Source: Deinococcota bacterium (GTDB taxonomy: Bacteria; Deinococcota; Deinococci; Deinococcales; Thermaceae). From it: a stretch of 45,997 nucleotides of DNA. The notes under the pieces were generated by a model. The model saw only the letters and a program-made list of their open reading frames with translations, made no database searches and was not told where the DNA came from. Within the stretch, counting starts at the first letter, position 1. The number at the start of each line of letters is the position of its first letter. The stretch covers positions 1 to 45,997 of the forward strand of contig JBGFRI010000012.1 in assembly GCA_041695225.1 (NCBI GenBank), in the 5' to 3' direction. A program made the position numbers and the translations under genes. Shown here piece by piece: positions 11,001-19,215 of the stretch.

Positions 11001-11120
11001 GTCGCAGGTCACAAGTCGCATGTCGCATGACGCCAGGCCTGAGACATTCCATTAGCCCATAGCTGATAGCCCATGGCTTTTGACCATCGACCCTCGACCA
11101 TTGACCTTTGACCTTCGACC
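11001..11120. repeat. Composite heptamer-repeat element, left copy of a direct repeat
   Basis: GTCGCAG-GTCACAA-GTCGCAT ... CCTGAGACATTCCATTAGCCCATAGC ... TTTTGACC-ATCGACC-CTCGACC. Confidence 0.75.
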
Positions 11121-11183
11121 CGAGGCATGTGCCATTCCACTACGCTCAGTTCTGCCCTCTGGCGTAGTACACTCTTAACTGTA

Positions 11184-11213
11184 TGTTGCACTTATACAAC
11201 AGTATGGTAGACT
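11184..11213 (+). promoter_or_regulatory. Promoter with overlapping palindromic operator for the HTH gene
   Basis: TTGCAC-N16-TAGACT overlapped by the inverted repeat TGTTG-N8-CAACA. Confidence 0.5.
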
Positions 11214-11235
11214 ATTACTACAAAGGGGGTAAGAC

Positions 11236-11502
11236 TTGGCCCAGAACCGATCTAAAATTCATAACCGCCTGCCGGTGCTCCGCGCCGAGCGCGGCCTTTC
11301 GCGCCAGCAACTAGCCGAGGCCGTGGGAGTTAACTACCAGACTATCGGCTACCTCGAGCGCGGCGAGTATAACCCCAGCCTCGAGCTGGCTTTCAGGCTG
11401 TCGGAGTACTTCAACCTGCCAATTGAAGCCATCTTTTCGACCCAGCCGCTCAAGCCCTTGAGCGAAACTTTGCTTTCCCAAACCAAGGAGGTTGTCACAT
11501 GA
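11236..11502 (+). CDS. Cro/C1-type (XRE) HTH transcriptional regulator
   Basis: NRLPVLRAERGLSRQQLAEAVGVNYQTIGYLERGEYNPSLELAF. Confidence 0.93.
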   Translation: MAQNRSKIHNRLPVLRAERGLSRQQLAEAVGVNYQTIGYLERGEYNPSLELAFRLSEYFNLPIEAIFSTQPLKPLSETLLSQTKEVVT

Positions 11503-11959
11503 AGCCATTTGGTTCCCATGTCCGCTTTAGTCAGCCGCCCGTCGTGGCCTGACAATTGGACTCTATCTATGCTTGCTGGTTTATATGCTTACCTGGCTGC
11601 TGCCGGGTGACGAGGCTGGACAGCTACTCAGGTGGGTTTTTATAGGTTTTTATCTGGTTTTAGCTTTTGTCCTGGCCTACGCCACCGGCCTGCTCGACGC
11701 CATGCCCAGCCGCTACCTCGACGAGCGCCAGCAAGCCCTGCGCGACCGGGCCCATCGGCTGGCTTACGTTCCCGTAAACTACTTTGTTCTGGGAATTCTA
11801 CTCAGCCTTGGCCTGGCCAATCACTGGTTTCAAGAGCCCATCTTCATTGCCCTGGTTTCCGCGCTTGGGCTGGCCATCTTTATACTGCCAGCGGTGATTA
11901 TCGCCTGGCTCGAGCCCGACCCGGTCAAGGATCAAGAGGCCCAAAGCGCGATAGATTAA
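11499..11959 (+). pseudogene. Four-TM membrane protein with an apparent 1-bp deletion near 11533
   Basis: The ATG at 11499 has an AAGGAGG RBS and ATGA coupling, but its frame stops after 17 codons. The TM frame (AARRGLTIGLYLCLL...DERQQALRDRA) starts at ~11534. One extra G joins them. Confidence 0.65.
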
Positions 11960-11994
11960 TCACCGGACTAGCCAAGGATGGGGATTAATACAAG

Positions 11995-12271
11995 ATGTCT
12001 CAGGTCACGAGTCGCAAGTCGCAAGCCAATAAAGACCTGAGACCTGAGACATTCCATTAGCCCATAGCCAGTAGCTGATAGCTTTTGACCCCTGACCCTC
12101 GACTAACTTCTGACCTGCGACATACTATTCGCCTATAGCTAATGGCCTATAGCTGATAGCATTTGACCTGCGACTTGCGACCCGACACTGACTTTTGACC
12201 TTCGACCCTCGACTCTCTGCCCTCGACCTTCGACCTTTGACCTTCGACCTGTGACCTGAGACCTGCGACAT
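11995..12271. repeat. Large composite heptamer-repeat array
   Basis: ATGTC hairpin, ATAGCYN runs and GACCTNN runs ending GACCTGCGACAT; the first ~105 bp repeat 11001-11100 directly. Confidence 0.8.
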
Positions 12272-12320
12272 TTTTACGGGATGGTTTTACTTTTCGGGAA
12301 AGGTAGCAGATACAAGGGTT

Positions 12321-14204
12321 CTACCCCAAACGCTGCCCATCGTGTTTTCCGCCCCAGCGAGCCTCCTGCCCGCCAGGAGTAAGGATGAAGCTGTTGCGGT
12401 CGTCGGCAATCTGGGCTTGCAGTATATCCAGTACCTTACCCCTGGCCCGCCCGTCCAGGATGGGAAAGAAAAGCTCATAACGGCGGTCCAGGTTGCGCGG
12501 CATGGCATCGGCGCTGCCCGCCCAGACCCGCCATTTACCGCGGTTGCGGAAGGCGGCGATACGGGCGTGTTCCAGAAAGCGCCCGACCAGGCTCTTGACC
12601 TCCACACCCTCCCAGAGGGTAGTCAGGGTGCTGCGGACGATCAGGTGCAGCCTGGCCCCCTGGTTCAGGGCCTCCTCCAGGGCAGCTAGAATAGGGGGGT
12701 CGGTAAGGTGATTAAACTTCAGGATTATCTCACCCTTTTTGTGGGCCTCGCCCTGGATGCCTTCCAGCAGCAGGTCCCGCACCGCGCTGGCGGTTCGCAG
12801 GGTAGCGAGAACCGGGCTCTGGCCGCTTTCCAAGTCAGTAAAAAAGGTCTGTACATCGGCGGTAATCTCGCGGTTAGCAGTAAAGAGCGAGAGGTCGGTA
12901 TACAGCCGCCCGTTATAGGGATTGTAGTTGCCAGTGCCCAGGTGGACATAGGCCTGCCCGGCCCGGCGCACATACAGGGCCTTGGCATGAACTTTTTTGC
13001 CCGGTAGGGGCAGCACCCGCACCCCAGCCCCCTGGAAGCGCAGGCTCCACTCGAGGTTGGCCAGTTCATCGAAGCGCGCGCGGCCCTCCAGCAGTACCGC
13101 CACATCCTTACCCGCTCTGGCCGCTGTCAACAAGGCTTCGGCAATGGCGTTGTCTCGCCCAATGCGGTACAGGGTGGCCCGCATGGCCTCGGTCTTGGGG
13201 TCGTCCGCTGCTTTTAGGGCAAAGCCTTCCACCGCGCCATAGTCTTCGAAGGGGTGATAGAGCAGCAGGTCGCGGCGGTTCAGGTAGGCCCAGGGGTCTT
13301 TGGCGAAGCCCCTGGGTTTTTCGATTACGATGGGTTTGAACCTGGCGCTAGCCGGCCCCCGCGCCACAATGGTGGCCACAAAGCTCAGGTCTAGCGGCGG
13401 AGAGAGCCTGAAGACTTCCTGGGGTTCCAGGCCCAGCGCAACCCTGATGGTCTCACCCCACAGCGCAGGGAAGTCTTCTTCTAGCTCGAGGTGGCTAACC
13501 TTGCCGTCCAGGCGGGCTTCCAGCGCCTCGGGTAGCTCGTCCCAGTCGGCGCGGGAGCGGGCCAGCTGGGCCAGCCGCACGAAGCGGAACTGGAAGAGCG
13601 GGAGCTTCTGGTTGCCCGGCAAAAACAGGTCGCTGCGCATCCGCACCAGAACCCCCAGGCGCACAAAACCCCCTTCGCGCCCAGGAACCTCGAGCAGCCG
13701 AGGTATGCTCTCAGGCACGCGTATAAGATGCTCCAATTGCCTATCCCCCGAGGCAAAGTAGAGGGACTGACTGGCCAGTTCGGGCAGGGTTTCGGGCCGG
13801 ATCAGGTCGGTCAGGGGGGCCACTTCCTCGGCCAGATGGGCCCCGAAGTATTGTTTTTCGGCCTTGGTGAGCTGGGTGGGCTCCAGGATATGAATGCCCA
13901 GCCCCTCCAACTCCCGCAGAAACTCCAGGTAGAGCTTTTCGGCCTCCTCGCTCTGGGCCAGGGCCTCATTCATCAGGGCCAGGTAACTGCTGCTACCGCG
14001 TTCGTCGGCAAAGGCCCGCGAGATGCGGGCGGCATAAAACTCGTCCATGTTGGAAGCCCAGATAGCCAGAAAGCGCAGCCGCTCCAAGAGCGGAAAATCG
14101 AGGCGGCGGGTCTGCTCTAAAACCCGCCGGTTGAAAGAAAGCCAGCTGGCCTCCTGGGTAATCTGGGTGGCGGCAAAGCGCGGCGGGCTTGGTTTTTTGG
14201 CCAT
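12321..14204 (-). CDS. ppk1: Polyphosphate kinase 1
   Basis: SWLSFNRRVL, NMDEFY, LLYHPFE, TLYR, ARFDE, KVHAK, LGTGNYN, GRFLEHARI and RNLDRRYE; start at ATG 14204 with GAGG upstream. Confidence 0.93.
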   Translation of the reverse strand: MAKKPSPPRFAATQITQEASWLSFNRRVLEQTRRLDFPLLERLRFLAIWASNMDEFYAARISRAFADERGSSSYLALMNEALAQSEEAEKLYLEFLRELEGLGIHILEPTQLTKAEKQYFGAHLAEEVAPLTDLIRPETLPELASQSLYFASGDRQLEHLIRVPESIPRLLEVPGREGGFVRLGVLVRMRSDLFLPGNQKLPLFQFRFVRLAQLARSRADWDELPEALEARLDGKVSHLELEEDFPALWGETIRVALGLEPQEVFRLSPPLDLSFVATIVARGPASARFKPIVIEKPRGFAKDPWAYLNRRDLLLYHPFEDYGAVEGFALKAADDPKTEAMRATLYRIGRDNAIAEALLTAARAGKDVAVLLEGRARFDELANLEWSLRFQGAGVRVLPLPGKKVHAKALYVRRAGQAYVHLGTGNYNPYNGRLYTDLSLFTANREITADVQTFFTDLESGQSPVLATLRTASAVRDLLLEGIQGEAHKKGEIILKFNHLTDPPILAALEEALNQGARLHLIVRSTLTTLWEGVEVKSLVGRFLEHARIAAFRNRGKWRVWAGSADAMPRNLDRRYELFFPILDGRARGKVLDILQAQIADDRNSFILTPGGQEARWGGKHDGQRLG

Positions 14205-14428
14205 CGCCTCTAAGTCTTGGCGGCCTTTGTCAGGGCGTGGTAATGCCTTTTTTTTGGCCTTGGCTTTCTTCACCTTGGGCCTGAGTCTATCGCCAATTGC
14301 CAGCCGATGAAAGAGCAGGCTGCTACCCGCCACCTGATAACAGCCTGACACTCCCCGGCCAGACTATGCGTATGGCGTCAACCCTGACAGAACTTGAGCC
14401 AAATGCACTTAGGGTCTACGATGGGGCG

Positions 14429-15931
14429 GTGCAACGTCTGGGGATAGTGGATATGGGCTCGGGGACCGCGCGGCTGGTGGTGTATGTGCATCAGCCTGGC
14501 AAGCAGTATAGGCTAGTGGACGAAATTCGAGAAACCGTGCGGCTGGGCGAGGGGCTGGCCACCAACAACCGCCTGACCCAGGGTGGTATGCAGCGGGCTT
14601 TGTCGGCCCTCAAGCTTTATGCGGATTTCGCCCAGGCCACCGAACTGGGTGAGCTAAGGGTGATCGCTACCAGCGCCAGCCGCGACGCCGAAAATAGCGC
14701 CGAGTTCATGGGCGAGGTACGAAAACTTGGGCTACAGGTGCAGGTGCTTTCGGGCGAGGAAGAGGCCCGCTACGGGGTGCTGGCGGTGGCAAACTCCTTT
14801 AACTTTGCCGATGCCTGGGTGATGGACCTGGGTGGCGGCAGCGCCCAGTTCTCGCAGATGCAGGCCCGCCAGTACCGTGAGGGTCGGGCCTATCCCCTGG
14901 GGGCAGTGCGGCTGACCGAGAAGTTTCTGGCATCCAACCCTCCCAAAAAAGCCGAGGTGGAAGAACTCGAGCGCTTTGTACGGCGGGAGATGAAAGAGGT
15001 GCTGGCCCAGGTGAAGGAAAATCCCCTGCCGCTGGTGGCCATGGGGGGCGCAGTTCGCAACCTGGCCAAGATGGCGCAGAAGAAAAAAGCCTATCCGCTG
15101 GATCTGCTGCATGGCTACTTCCTGGAGCGCGCAGACCTGGAAGACCTGGTGCGCGAGCTGGTGCAGCGCAGTACCGAGGAGAGGTGCCAACTAGAGGGCT
15201 TGCATGCCGACCGCGCCGATGTGATCGCGGCCGGCGGCCTGGTCTACCGCACGGTACTGCGCGAAGGGGGTCTGGATGGGCTTTGGATTTCCGGGCAGGG
15301 CATCCGCGAGGGTGTTTTTTATCGTGAGTTCCTGCCCGCTCCCCACCTGCTTGAGGATGTGCGCGGCTTCTCGGTGCGCAACCTGTTTGCCCGCTATCCG
15401 CAGGACTACGGCCATACCTCCAGGGTACGCCATTTCTGTCGCCTGTTATTCGGTGCGCTGGCGCCGCTGCACGGCTATGGTCAGCCGGAAGAACAGCTGC
15501 TGGACGAGGCCGCCCTGCTGCACGACATTGGCATGAGCGTTGGTTATTACGACCACCACAAGCACGGCGAGTATCTGATCATGAGCTCGCCCATTCCCGG
15601 TCTGACCCACCGCGAACAGGCCCTGCTGGGGCTGCTGGTACGCAACCACCGCAAGGGCGAGCCCCGCCCAGGGATCTACCGGCCGGTGCTGCAAAACGGC
15701 GATGCCAGGCGGTTGCTACGACTGGCTGCCATCTTGCGCATAAGTGAGCACCTCGAGCGCAGCCGGGCTGGGCGGGTCGAAAACCTGCATGTGAGCATTG
15801 ACAGCAAACACGTACGTCTGGGCTTGCAGTCCCCCGAGGAGCCCTGGGTAGAGATTTCCGAGACCAGCAAGCATGCCGACGTGTTTCAGCAGGCCTTTGG
15901 CCGCGAGCTGCTGGTAGAGTGGAGCCCTTAG
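14429..15931 (+). CDS. ppx: Exopolyphosphatase Ppx/GppA with HD domain
   Basis: IVDMGSGTARL, ATSASRDA, DLGGGS, GIREG and LLHDIG. Start is probably the GTG at 14429 (TACGAT-N6-GTG); alternative ATG at 14372. Confidence 0.92.
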   Translation: MQRLGIVDMGSGTARLVVYVHQPGKQYRLVDEIRETVRLGEGLATNNRLTQGGMQRALSALKLYADFAQATELGELRVIATSASRDAENSAEFMGEVRKLGLQVQVLSGEEEARYGVLAVANSFNFADAWVMDLGGGSAQFSQMQARQYREGRAYPLGAVRLTEKFLASNPPKKAEVEELERFVRREMKEVLAQVKENPLPLVAMGGAVRNLAKMAQKKKAYPLDLLHGYFLERADLEDLVRELVQRSTEERCQLEGLHADRADVIAAGGLVYRTVLREGGLDGLWISGQGIREGVFYREFLPAPHLLEDVRGFSVRNLFARYPQDYGHTSRVRHFCRLLFGALAPLHGYGQPEEQLLDEAALLHDIGMSVGYYDHHKHGEYLIMSSPIPGLTHREQALLGLLVRNHRKGEPRPGIYRPVLQNGDARRLLRLAAILRISEHLERSRAGRVENLHVSIDSKHVRLGLQSPEEPWVEISETSKHADVFQQAFGRELLVEWSP

Positions 15932-16073
15932 GGCCAGGGCTCGGGACGTCTGCTTTCCTGGCGCCGCTCACGCAGCCCGTCGGCAACTAGTCTCGCACCG
16001 TAAACGCATACCGGGTACAATACCTCCGGGTGCGCCCATAGCCATGGCTGAAAGCAAAGAGATAAAAGTTACT

Positions 16074-16115
16074 CGCTATAGGCTATCAGCTATAGGCTAT
16101 AGGCTACTGGCTAGA
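16074..16115. repeat. GCTATAG heptamer array
   Basis: GCTATAG-GCTATCA-GCTATAG-GCTATAG-GCTACTG-GCTAG. Confidence 0.7.
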
Positions 16116-16165
16116 TCGCCTCTCTGCCAGTGATTACTGGCGGCCACCTTGTGTGCTCAACTGCT

Positions 16166-16636
16166 ATGAAACTCTTTCTAGTTCGACACGCCATCGCCGA
16201 AGACGCCGCGCCGAACGGGTCCGACGACGAGCGCCCCCTGTCTGTCCGGGGCATCGAGCAGTTTAAAGGGGTTGTGCGGGGTCTGAGGCAATTGGACCTC
16301 CGGCTAGACCGCCTCTATCACAGTCCCAAGCTGCGGGCAGTGCAGACTGCGGAATTGCTGGTTCCTGTACTCGAGGGCGAGACCGTGGTAACCCCGCTCC
16401 TGGCCGCCGACCCTGGTCCCGAACTTTTAAAAACCCTCACGGGCGAGTCAGTTGCGCTGGTGGGGCACGAGCCATGGCTTAGCGGCCTGTGCGCCTGGCT
16501 TTTGACCGGGCGCATGGAAGGCGGGCCGTTCCCTTTCAAAAAAGGCGGGGTAGCGCTGCTTGAGGGCAGTCCCAGACCCGGCGGCATGGTGCTGCGGGGT
16601 TTCTGGGCGCCCAGGGTGTTGCGTGCTCTGGGCTAG
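16166..16636 (+). CDS. sixA: SixA-family phosphohistidine phosphatase
   Basis: LFLVRHA, D.ERPLS, SP.LRAVQTA, LVGHEP and FKKGG. Confidence 0.9.
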   Translation: MKLFLVRHAIAEDAAPNGSDDERPLSVRGIEQFKGVVRGLRQLDLRLDRLYHSPKLRAVQTAELLVPVLEGETVVTPLLAADPGPELLKTLTGESVALVGHEPWLSGLCAWLLTGRMEGGPFPFKKGGVALLEGSPRPGGMVLRGFWAPRVLRALG

Positions 16637-16647
16637 GCCAGTACTGC

Positions 16648-17637
16648 TTACGCCAGCCCAGGCCTGAAGGGCGTCTTCTGGCCGGCCAGGGCAGTCTCTC
16701 TGGCCTCCTGGGGGGCCCAGGAGAGCCCCAACACCGCCTTGTAAGCGCGTAGGGCCTTATCCCGCTGCCCCATTAAGTCGGCCAGCTGCCCGTAGCGCGC
16801 CAGTGTATAACCTGGCAGGTATGCGGGGTACAGGAAGTCGGTGTGAACCAGTTGCTCCATAAGTGCAAAGGCATCCGGGGCCTGCCCGGCAGCCAGGTAG
16901 ATCTGCGCCGCGCAGTAGATGGCTTCGGGGCCTTCTACCCCCCGCAGCTGCTCTAACAAAATGGCCCAGTCATCCGAAGTGTCGAGCCGCCAGGCCCGGT
17001 CCAGTAAGCTGCGCTGGCGCTCTGGCTCGGACGGGGTGTGGGCGCCTGGCAAGCGGTACAGGGCTGGGGGTAGAGCCTCGAGCAGTACCGGGTAGTCAAC
17101 TGCATCCACCAGGACTACCGCCTCAACCCGGGTTGCTTTTAAACGCTCTGCCACCCGCTCCATGCGTTGCTGTCGGAAGCCCGTGGCCGGCCCCTCGCCA
17201 AAAGCCTGCGCATAGCCCCGATGATAGGCTCGCAAAGCCTGGATAACCGGTTCTTTGGCAAAATCTTCCGGGGTGCGACGGCTCCCCAGAACCCATTTCA
17301 GGTCTTCTTCCAGCCCATGCACCTGGCTAAGGGCCTCCTGGCCTTTGGGGTACTGCTGCAGGGCCTGGCGGAAGAGCTCAGACTCTGCTCTAAGCTGGGC
17401 CTGGGTATCCAGGGCCTCCACCTCTACCCTGGCCCTTTCGGCCCAGGGCAAAACATGAAAGAATGAGACTTCGTTCTGGTCGCGCCAGCTCTGGGCCGCC
17501 AGTTCTTCGGCGCTATATGACGCCAGGAGTATTTTCTCGGGCTGGTGTGCTTTGACCAGCTCGGCCACCGTCACCCCGTTAAAACGTGGGTGCAGCAGAT
17601 GAAAGGGGCCTAGCGTAGGAATGACCAGGAAAGACAC
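16648..17637 (-). CDS. Hypothetical protein with C-terminal TPR-like helices
   Basis: Long ORF with host-like codon use; TAAAAT-N7-GTG start at 17637; C-terminal AQIYLAAGQ..DA and GQLADLMGQRDKALRAY look TPR-like. Confidence 0.75.
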   Translation of the reverse strand: MSFLVIPTLGPFHLLHPRFNGVTVAELVKAHQPEKILLASYSAEELAAQSWRDQNEVSFFHVLPWAERARVEVEALDTQAQLRAESELFRQALQQYPKGQEALSQVHGLEEDLKWVLGSRRTPEDFAKEPVIQALRAYHRGYAQAFGEGPATGFRQQRMERVAERLKATRVEAVVLVDAVDYPVLLEALPPALYRLPGAHTPSEPERQRSLLDRAWRLDTSDDWAILLEQLRGVEGPEAIYCAAQIYLAAGQAPDAFALMEQLVHTDFLYPAYLPGYTLARYGQLADLMGQRDKALRAYKAVLGLSWAPQEARETALAGQKTPFRPGLA

Positions 17638-18856
17638 GCCCGGTATTTTAGACCTCCGGGACCGCAACTACCGTTTTGCAATGCTCAATGGCTGGTTTGT
17701 TCTGTTGGGCGATGCTTTTTTTAATGGCTCCATCGTGCTGGCTTCCTTTGCGGCCAAGCTGGGCGCGGCCAACTGGGCAATTGGGCTGATGCCAGCCCTG
17801 CTCAATGCCGGTTCTATGGTTCCTCAGGTCTTTGTGGCCCCATATGTGGCCCGCCTGCCGGTTAAGGTCCACCTGTACCGGCGGATGGCAGCGCTGCGGA
17901 TTGCCAGCCTGGGCATCGTGGCGCTGGGGGGGTTCACCCTGGGCCAGCACCCCGAGATACTGCTCTGGGTATTTGCCATTGGACTGGCCCTGAACGGTCT
18001 ATTTACTGGATTTTCCAGCCTGCCGTTTTGGGAGGCCATCGGCAAAACCATCCCGATGGAGCGCCGCGGTGGGCTATTTTCGGTACGCAGTCTGGTGGGG
18101 GGTGCGCTGGCTTTCATGGCGGGCTTCGTGGTGCAGTTCATTCTGGGGCTACCGCTGGCCTTCCCCTACCCATATGCGATTCTGTTCACGCTGGGCATCC
18201 TGGCTTTTGCCTACGGCTGGCATTTATTTGGCCAGATTGACGAGCCCCCCGACAAAGAGATCCGCACCGAACGTATCTCGCTAACCCTGCCTTTGCGGGA
18301 CTTTTACTTTCGCCGCTTCCTGCGGGTGCGCATTCTGCTGGCCGTTGCCAGTATGGTGGAGCCCTTTTACGTTGCCTATGCGGTGCGGGTGTTGGGCCAC
18401 ACCGGGGAAATTGGGCTTTACCTGATGGTCTTTACCCTGTCGTCGGTGCTTTCAAACCTGGTCTGGGTACGCCTTTCCCAGCGATTCGGCTCCCGCAGTT
18501 TACTTTTGGTTGGGGCTGGGCTGGGCCTGGTCACTCCCGTTCTGGCCTTTTTGCTGCCGGGGCAAGTATTCTGGCTGGTCTTTGTACTCCAGGGAGCTTA
18601 CCTTTCTTCCATCGGGGTGGGTACTGCAACCTACCTGGTAAACCTGGCGCCCACCGATGCCCGCAGTTCGTATATCGGCCTGTCCAACACCGTGGTTGGA
18701 CTGCTGGCTTTTTCCCCGGTTTTAGGGGGCCTGATGGCCGACCAGGTAGGCTATGTGGCCCCGATGGCCGTGGCTACCGTCTGTTACGCCTGGGCCTTGT
18801 ATGCTGGCCGCCGCCTGAAGCTGCTCGAGCATGTGCAGCCTGGCAGAGGTGTTTGA
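17621..18856 (+). CDS. MFS transporter
   Basis: About 12 hydrophobic segments with IPMERRG, RFGSR and APTDARSSYIG; start uncertain (17621 or 17681). Confidence 0.88.
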   Translation: MTRKDTPGILDLRDRNYRFAMLNGWFVLLGDAFFNGSIVLASFAAKLGAANWAIGLMPALLNAGSMVPQVFVAPYVARLPVKVHLYRRMAALRIASLGIVALGGFTLGQHPEILLWVFAIGLALNGLFTGFSSLPFWEAIGKTIPMERRGGLFSVRSLVGGALAFMAGFVVQFILGLPLAFPYPYAILFTLGILAFAYGWHLFGQIDEPPDKEIRTERISLTLPLRDFYFRRFLRVRILLAVASMVEPFYVAYAVRVLGHTGEIGLYLMVFTLSSVLSNLVWVRLSQRFGSRSLLLVGAGLGLVTPVLAFLLPGQVFWLVFVLQGAYLSSIGVGTATYLVNLAPTDARSSYIGLSNTVVGLLAFSPVLGGLMADQVGYVAPMAVATVCYAWALYAGRRLKLLEHVQPGRGV

Positions 18857-19071
18857 ACTGCAAAGAAGTGCGGCATGGCAGGTCTAACCCGCTATCTTGC
18901 CAAAAGAGCACCAGTTAAACTGGCATCGGTTGGCTATTCTTCGTTGCGTAAATGAGGAATCACCAGGCGCTCGGCCGCCCGGTGCATCGCGTGCGGTATT
19001 GGGAGTCCGAGCCCACCGCAGTTGTCTGGACTTAGTTTACCACGCTTCAGGAAAAACTGAGTAACCATGAT

Positions 19072-19100
19072 TTGACTCTTATCTCGAGCAGGCGTACACT
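19072..19100 (+). promoter_or_regulatory. Sigma70-type promoter of the thrS leader
   Basis: TTGACT-N17-TACACT. Confidence 0.8.
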
Positions 19101-19110
19101 TCTTAGCAAG

Positions 19111-19152
19111 ATGTGGGCTCGGCTGACTACTAGACCGGGGGGGAACTTCTAG
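19111..19152 (+). CDS. Putative thrS leader peptide MWARLTTRPGGNF
   Basis: 13-codon ORF starting 10 nt after the -10 box, with tandem Thr codons ACT ACT, overlapping the antiterminator arm. Confidence 0.7.
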   Translation: MWARLTTRPGGNF

Positions 19153-19171
19153 CCTAGTGCGATGGAGGTTC

Positions 19172-19206
19172 TCCCGGCTCTGGGTGGAAGGGCCGGGATT
19201 TTTATT
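19172..19206 (+). terminator. Attenuator terminator upstream of thrS
   Basis: TCCCGGCTCT-loop-AGGGCCGGGA followed by TTTTTATT; the 5' arm can instead pair with CCGGGGGGGAACTTC in the leader ORF. Confidence 0.75.
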
Positions 19207-19215
19207 GAGGTGAGT

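Noticed and set aside
11995..12271. CRISPR array
   Set aside because: The period is 7 bp with degenerate units; there are no constant 25-45 bp repeats with unique spacers and no cas genes
14204..14429. Overlapping long N-terminal extensions of ppk1 (14351) and ppx (14297)
   Set aside because: Better-supported downstream starts (RBS or -10 spacing) remove the overlap
19100..19215. T-box riboswitch upstream of thrS
   Set aside because: The leader is only ~110 nt and lacks stem I and the TGGNACC T-box bulge; a leader-peptide attenuator fits better
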